A stretch of 64,000 bases of DNA. Origin: Eledone cirrhosa. Lineage: Eukaryota. Both the position numbers and the translations under genes were made by a program. Within the stretch, counting starts at the first letter, position 1; every line of letters starts with the position of its first letter. Shown piece after piece: positions 57,405 through 64,000 of this stretch. The notes beneath the pieces were generated by a model. That model was not told the origin of the DNA and did not search any database. It worked only from the letters and a program-made list of their open reading frames with translations. The stretch spans positions 1,240,001 through 1,304,000 of the forward strand of contig OZ024766.1 in the NCBI GenBank assembly GCA_964016885.1. The letters run 5' to 3'.

Positions 57405-57987
57405 ATGATTGATTTTAAATCAGTGATATAATTTATGGAGAAAAACCCTGCATTTCGATATTACTCAATGTAAAATGTAATGCATGAAAAATTGGAAAAC
57501 ATTATTTTTTGTAATATATCACATCAAAATTACATTATTAAATCTTATTCTTATTTTGTTTCTTGTAAATAATTTTTTTCAAAATATCAATTAAAACTTT
57601 TTGTGAATATGCATCATATGTTGTCATTTACCTATGGCTTAAATTTCATATAAATCGAAGGGAAAACACTTTCGGCAGGGGTTTTGGCCGTCGGCGACCC
57701 TAATAGGTGGTTTAACCCCCATTAGGGTGTCTTAATATTATTGAAATTTGCTGAAATTTTGTGAATAGACATCATATCTTATCATTTATCTATGGTTTAA
57801 ATTTCATATAAATTGAAGGGAAACAAATTTTCAGCGGGGTTTTGTGTCCCCGGGGAACCCTTTGATTAAAATGAACTATAGTTATCCAAGTACCCTGGGC
57901 AATGTAGTTTCAGAATATATATGGTTATGGGGGTCTGTCTCCAAAACCATAGGAGTTTGTGAACAACAAAACAAACAGACGGGAATA

Positions 57988-60178
57988 CAACCATCCGACC
58001 AGCCAGCCAACCAACCAACCATACCAACCAGCCAGCCAACCAACCAACCAGCCATCCAACCAACCAACCAACCATCCAACCAGCCATCCAACCAACCAAC
58101 CAACCATCCAACCAGCCATCCAACCAACCAACCATCCAACCAGCCATCCAACCAACCAACCAACCAACCATCCAACCAGCCATCCAACCAGCCATCCAAC
58201 CAGCCATCCAACCAACCAACCAACCAACCAACCAAGAATCCAACCAACCAACCATCCAACCAACCATCCAACCAACCAACCAACTATCCAACCAGCCATC
58301 CAACCAACCATCCAACCATCCAACCATCCAACCAACCAACCAACCATCCAACCAACCGACCAACCAACCAGCCAGCCATCCAACCAACCATCCAACCAAC
58401 CAAACAACCATCCAACCAGCCATCCAACCAACCAACCAACCAACCAACCATCCAACCAGCCATCCAACCAACCAACCAACCAACCAACCATCCAACCAAC
58501 CATCCAACCAACCAACCAAGAATCCAACCAACCAACCATCCAACCAACCAACCAGCCAGCCATCCAACCAACCATCCAACCAACCAACCAACTATCCAAC
58601 CAGCGATCCAACCATCCAACCATCCAACCATCCAACCAACCAACCATCCAACCAACCAACCGACCAACCAACCAGCCAGCCATCCAACCAACCATCCAAC
58701 CAACCAACCAACCAACCAACCACCCAACCAGCCAGCCAGCCAGCCATCCAACCGACCAACCAACCACCCAACCAACCAACCAGCCAACCAACCACCCAAC
58801 CAACCAGCCATCCAACCAACCAACCATCCAGCCAACCAGCCATCCAACCAACCAACCATCCAACCAGCCATCCAACCATCCAGCCATCCAACCAACCATC
58901 CAACCATCCATCCATCCAACCATCCAACCAACCAACCAACCAACCAGCCAACCAACCAACCATCCAACCAACCACCCACCCAACCAACCAGCCAACCAAC
59001 CAGCCAACCAACCAACCATCCAACCAACCATCCAACCATCCAACCAACCAACCAACCATCCAACCAACCAACCGACCAACCAACCAGCCAGCCATCCAAC
59101 CAACCATCCAACCAGCCATCCAACCAACCAACCAACCAACCAACCACCCAACCATCCAGCCAGCCAGCCATCCAACCGACCAACCAACCAACCAACCAAC
59201 CACCCAACCAACCAACCAGCCAACCAGCCAACCAACCAACCACCCAACCAACCAGCCATCCAACCAACCAACCAGCCAGCCAACCAGCCATCCAACCAAC
59301 CAACCATCCAACCAGCCATCCAACCAACCATCCAACCATCCATCCATCCAACCATCCAACCAACCAACCAACCAACCAGCCAACCAACCAACCATCCAAC
59401 CAACCACCCACCCAACCAACCAACCAGCCAACCAACCAGCCAACCAACCAACCATCCAACCATCCAACCAACCAGCCAACCATCCAACCAACCAACCATC
59501 CAACCAACCAGCCATCCATCCAACCAACCAACCAACCATCCATCCAACCAACCAACCATCCAACCAACCAACCATCCATCCAACCAACCAACCAACCATC
59601 CAACCAGCCAGCCAACCAACCAACCAGCCAGCCAACCATCCAACCAACCAACCAACCAACCAACCAACCATCCATCCAACCAACCAGCCATCCATCCAAC
59701 CAACCAACCATCCAGCCATCCATCCAACCAACCAGCCATCCATCCATCCAACCAACCATCCATCCAACCAACCAGCCATCCATCCAACCAACCAGCCAAC
59801 CATCCAACCAACCAACCATCCAACCAACCAGCCATCCATCCAACCAACCAACCAACCATCCATCCAACCAACTAACCATCCAACCAACCAACCAACCAGC
59901 CAGCCAACCAACCAACCAACCATCCAACCATCCAACCATCCAACCAACCAGCCAACCATCCAACCAACCAACCATCCAACCAACCAGCCATCCATCCAAC
60001 CAACCACCCAGCCATCCAACCAACCAACCAACCATCCAACCAACCATCCAACCATCCAACCAACCAACCAACCAACCAGCCATCCATCCAACCAACCAGC
60101 CATCCATCCAACCAACCAACCATCCAACCAACCAACCAACCAACCAACCAACCACCCAACCAGCCAGCCAGCCAGCCG
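57988..60178. repeat. 2.2-kb (CCAA/CCAT/CCAG)n tetranucleotide tract
   Basis: Directly visible. Confidence 0.97.
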
Positions 60179-60210
60179 TGCAGTCAGTCAGTCAGTATTT
60201 CGTTGCTGCG

Positions 60211-60958
60211 ATGTTCGGAGCCAAACGTGAGTTGATGTGTCTGGAGTTGTATTCGGGGAACCGACCCTGTCGTGTTTCCTTCAGCGACGAGGGGGTGGTG
60301 TGGTGTCACGTTGGGATGACACCGCCACCTCCACCATCATCGACCTACACCACCACCACCACCACTACTACTACACCGCCGCCGCCGCCAACTAGTACTT
60401 CTAACATCAACAACAACACTACACCAACAACTACACCACCACCGAGCTACACCGCCGCCGCCGCTACCACCACTACCACTACAGCACCAACACCGCCATC
60501 ACAACAAACCACGACACCGTCGAAAACCACTTCCTTCCCCTGCTCTTCCTCCTCGCCCTATGGTGGAAATCCGCCTTACAACAACAACAACAACAACACC
60601 ACAACAACAACAACAGCCACACTATTACAACAACAACAACACAAAAAACAACACAAGAAGAAAAAACAACAACAACAATATGTAGAACGATATCGCCAAC
60701 TCGATACGAATGCTGCTCAGGCACCTGCAGCAGAGCAAAAGTTGACAAACAACAACAACAGCACAACAACAACAACAACGACAACAACACATCAACACAA
60801 ACAACAACAACAACAATATTATGAGCGTTACCGCCAAATGGATACTGAGGCTGCTCGGACACTTGCCGGACCCCAACCCCAGCAAAAGCAGGTTCCCCTG
60901 CCCCCGAGGCCGACCAAAAGACAAAACCGGGGGAGACCTGATACAGAAGATTTCGGAG
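60211..60958 (+). CDS. Candidate first coding exon; start resembles the ceramide kinase/CERKL PH-domain N-terminus, then T/P/Q/N low-complexity sequence
   Basis: ATG at 60211; [16 protein letters not shown] fits a GxxxCxVxLSExxxxW pattern recalled from CERKL; in-frame triplet repeats; donor GAG|GTAGGG at 60959. Confidence 0.5.
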
Positions 60959-61000
60959 GTAGGGCAATTTATGGTTTTCTACTTATCTATATACACACAC

Positions 61001-61033
<33 letters not shown>

Positions 61034-61042
61034 TATATATAT

Positions 61043-61087
<45 letters not shown>

Positions 61088-61641
61088 TACATATACATAT
61101 ATATATACACACTCACACATATATATATATACATACACACACACATATATATATTTATATACACACACGTGTGTGTGTATAAATATATATATATATGTGT
61201 GTGTGTATTTATATATGTATGTATAGAAATTTATACACACACACACACGGGTATACATATATATATATATACACACACACACACACGTGTTGTATATAAA
61301 CACAATGATTATACGCGTTGTTTATACACACAAGCATATATTCACATGTTTATATGTATCTATATGTATATATACATAAATACTTGTTTCTACTTTAGGC
61401 ACAAGGCCAGCAATACATACATATATTTATTTATTTATACACACTCACACGCGTGTATATATATATATATATATATACGCGCGTGTATATATATATATAT
61501 ATATATATATAAAGTTTATCCCGGGTTAAATCAGTAAGGTGCTCAATTAACAGAATAAATATATAATATAGAAAAGGCTTCTACAGGACTAAAACTGTTT
61601 CATTCGAGAGATATCAGGAAAAACTTTTCCTAGTGATTTCT

Positions 61642-61694
<53 letters not shown>

Positions 61695-62062
61695 GGAACA
61701 GCATATATATGTATAAACATTTATATATAAACATGTTTATATATATAAACATGTTTATATATATAAACATGTTTATATATATGTGTGTGTGTGGTATGTA
61801 TGTTTCATTGTTTATCGTTCATACACTTGTATTTATATATTTCGTTTACACACACACCTACATATATATTTGTGTGTGTGTGCGTGTGTGTATGTGAATG
61901 ACCGTATAAGTATGTAGAAAACTTGTTTTATGTTTATACATATAAACACACACACACATATATATATATATATATGTGTTTATATGTATATATATATATA
62001 TATTTATATGTGTGTATATATAAGTATATATAAATATATATACAGTATATATATATATAAAA

Positions 62063-62695
62063 GCAACATATGTTTGTGGAATGCTCAGCCACTTGCACGC
62101 TAATTTCAGTAGCAGGTGGTTCAACAAGACCGCTCATCGTCGAAACCGACGAAGTGTCATTATATTAAGATCAGTAGAGGGGTCGGACGCCATGCTTTGA
62201 TGCAAAGAGTTCCGTCCCTTTACGATCTGAGTTCAAATCCCGCCGAGGTCAACTTTGTCTTCCACCCTTACGGGGTCGATAAAATGAAGTACCAGTAATA
62301 CACGTTTGTCGTACTGCCTCTCTGTTTGTTCCCGTATATATATATATATATATATATATATCAACACCATATGTATAAACATTCTTATACACGTTTATAT
62401 ATATATATATATATAATTGTTTCTACTTTTGGCACAAGGCAAGCAATTACCCCAGTGTATTACTGGTACTTTATTTTATCGACCCCGTAAGGGTGGAAGA
62501 CAAAGTTGACCTCGGCGGGATTTGAACTCAGATCGTAAAGGGACGGAACTCTTTGCATCAAAGCATGGCGTCCGACCCCTCTACTGATCTTAATATAATG
62601 ACACTTCGTCGGTTTCGACGATGAGCGGTCTTGTTGAACCACCTGCTACTGAAATTAGCGTGCAAGTGGCTGAGCATTCCACAAACATATGTTGC
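62063..62695. repeat. Inverted repeat with ~240-bp near-identical arms and ~150-bp spacer
   Basis: 62063-62303 versus 62455-62695; each arm is a SINE B piece joined to another repeat. Confidence 0.95.
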
Positions 62696-62802
62696 ATTTA
62701 ACGTAGATCTCAGGGAGACTCAGCATGCCACACAATGTGATATGTTATATATATATATATATGTTATATATATGTTATATATATATATATATGTTATATA
62801 TA

Positions 62803-62838
<36 letters not shown>

Positions 62839-63041
62839 TATATATATATATGTTATATATATATATATATATGTTATATATATATATGTTATATATATAT
62901 ATATATATGTTATATATATATATATATATGTTATATATATGTTATATATATATATGTATGTTATATATATGTATATATGTATGTTATATATATATATATG
63001 TATATTATATATATATATATTATATATATATATATGTATAT

Positions 63042-63072
<31 letters not shown>

Positions 63073-63193
63073 TATATATATACATATATATATATATATG
63101 TATATATGTATGTTATATATATGTATATATGTATGTTATATATATGTATATATGTATGTTATATATATATATATGTATATATATATAGATATG

Positions 63194-63232
<39 letters not shown>

Positions 63233-63534
63233 GTGTATTTTGAGAAGGTCCATCCCAAAACATTTGTTTAAACAAATGTTTTTACATCGTCAACAATCTT
63301 AGAAAACATAAACACACACATATATACACACACACATACACACGTACACACACATACACATATACACACACATATACACACACACATACACACGTACACA
63401 CACATACACACACACATACACACGTACACACACATACACACACACATACACACGTATACACACATAAAGAGAAGCACACTAACACAAGCATGTACACACA
63501 CACACACAGACAAGCCATACACCCATACACACAC

Positions 63535-63592
<58 letters not shown>

Positions 63593-63666
63593 ATTTTACC
63601 CCATTCTCAAGGGGTTTCTCACAGGATTGCCTTCTCACGACCCGGTGAGAAGCAGGCGAACTGGTG

Positions 63667-63714
<48 letters not shown>

Positions 63715-63914
63715 CATATATATATAATATATATATGTGTGTATATGTATATATATATCTATGTGTGTATATTTATATATATATATCTGTAAACCCATGC
63801 TAGCATGGAAGATAGACGTTAAACGATGATGATATACATATATATATACACACATATATATATATATATGTATATACATATAGAAGTGGTAACACAACAG
63901 TTAGTTCACCATAC

Positions 63915-64000
63915 CGAGCACAATTGTTTCACCTTACCAGATCCTCAGCTCGTAATCGAGATTACGAGCTGAGGATCCGCTAAGGTGAAACAATTGTTCT
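63915..64000. ncRNA. Head-to-head pair of hammerhead motifs (plus copy runs off the window)
   Basis: Plus: CGAG-CTGAGGA-TCC/GCTAA/GGT-GAAAC-AATT-GTT-CT. Minus 63915-63953: same design with a GUG triplet. Confidence 0.7.

Noticed and set aside
57844-60178. 1112-aa QPTN-rich ORF and WLVG antisense ORFs
   Set aside because: Product of a tetranucleotide tract lacking stops; only the part from ATG 60211 looks gene-like.

Overview
AT-rich, microsatellite-saturated animal DNA. The clustered C2H2 zinc-finger (ZNF) genes lacking KRAB/SCAN/ZAD domains, the huge (TA)n/(CA)n tracts and the repeat families suggest a coleoid cephalopod (Octopus-like); this is inference. The first 22 kb hold a ZNF cluster: the 3' end of one gene, its tandem paralog 7105 bp downstream (25 fingers), and a tail-to-tail inverted pair (12 and 13 fingers) sharing an almost identical upstream region, N-terminus and first finger but with different finger arrays. 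The rest is mostly microsatellites and transposon debris (RTE, R4/Dong, L1/Tx1 LINEs, a DD37D maT transposase, TTAA-flanked piggyBac-type MITEs, two tRNA-derived SINE families), plus two candidate exons (26.5 kb; 60.2 kb, possibly a ceramide-kinase-like PH start). The most notable hidden signal is about a dozen type I hammerhead ribozyme motifs from at least six unrelated short repeat families, probably Penelope-like remnants. Several occur as head-to-head inverted pairs inside palindromes in (TA)n tracts, and there is one weak HDV-like ribozyme candidate. All calls were made by eye; no searches or folding programs were run.
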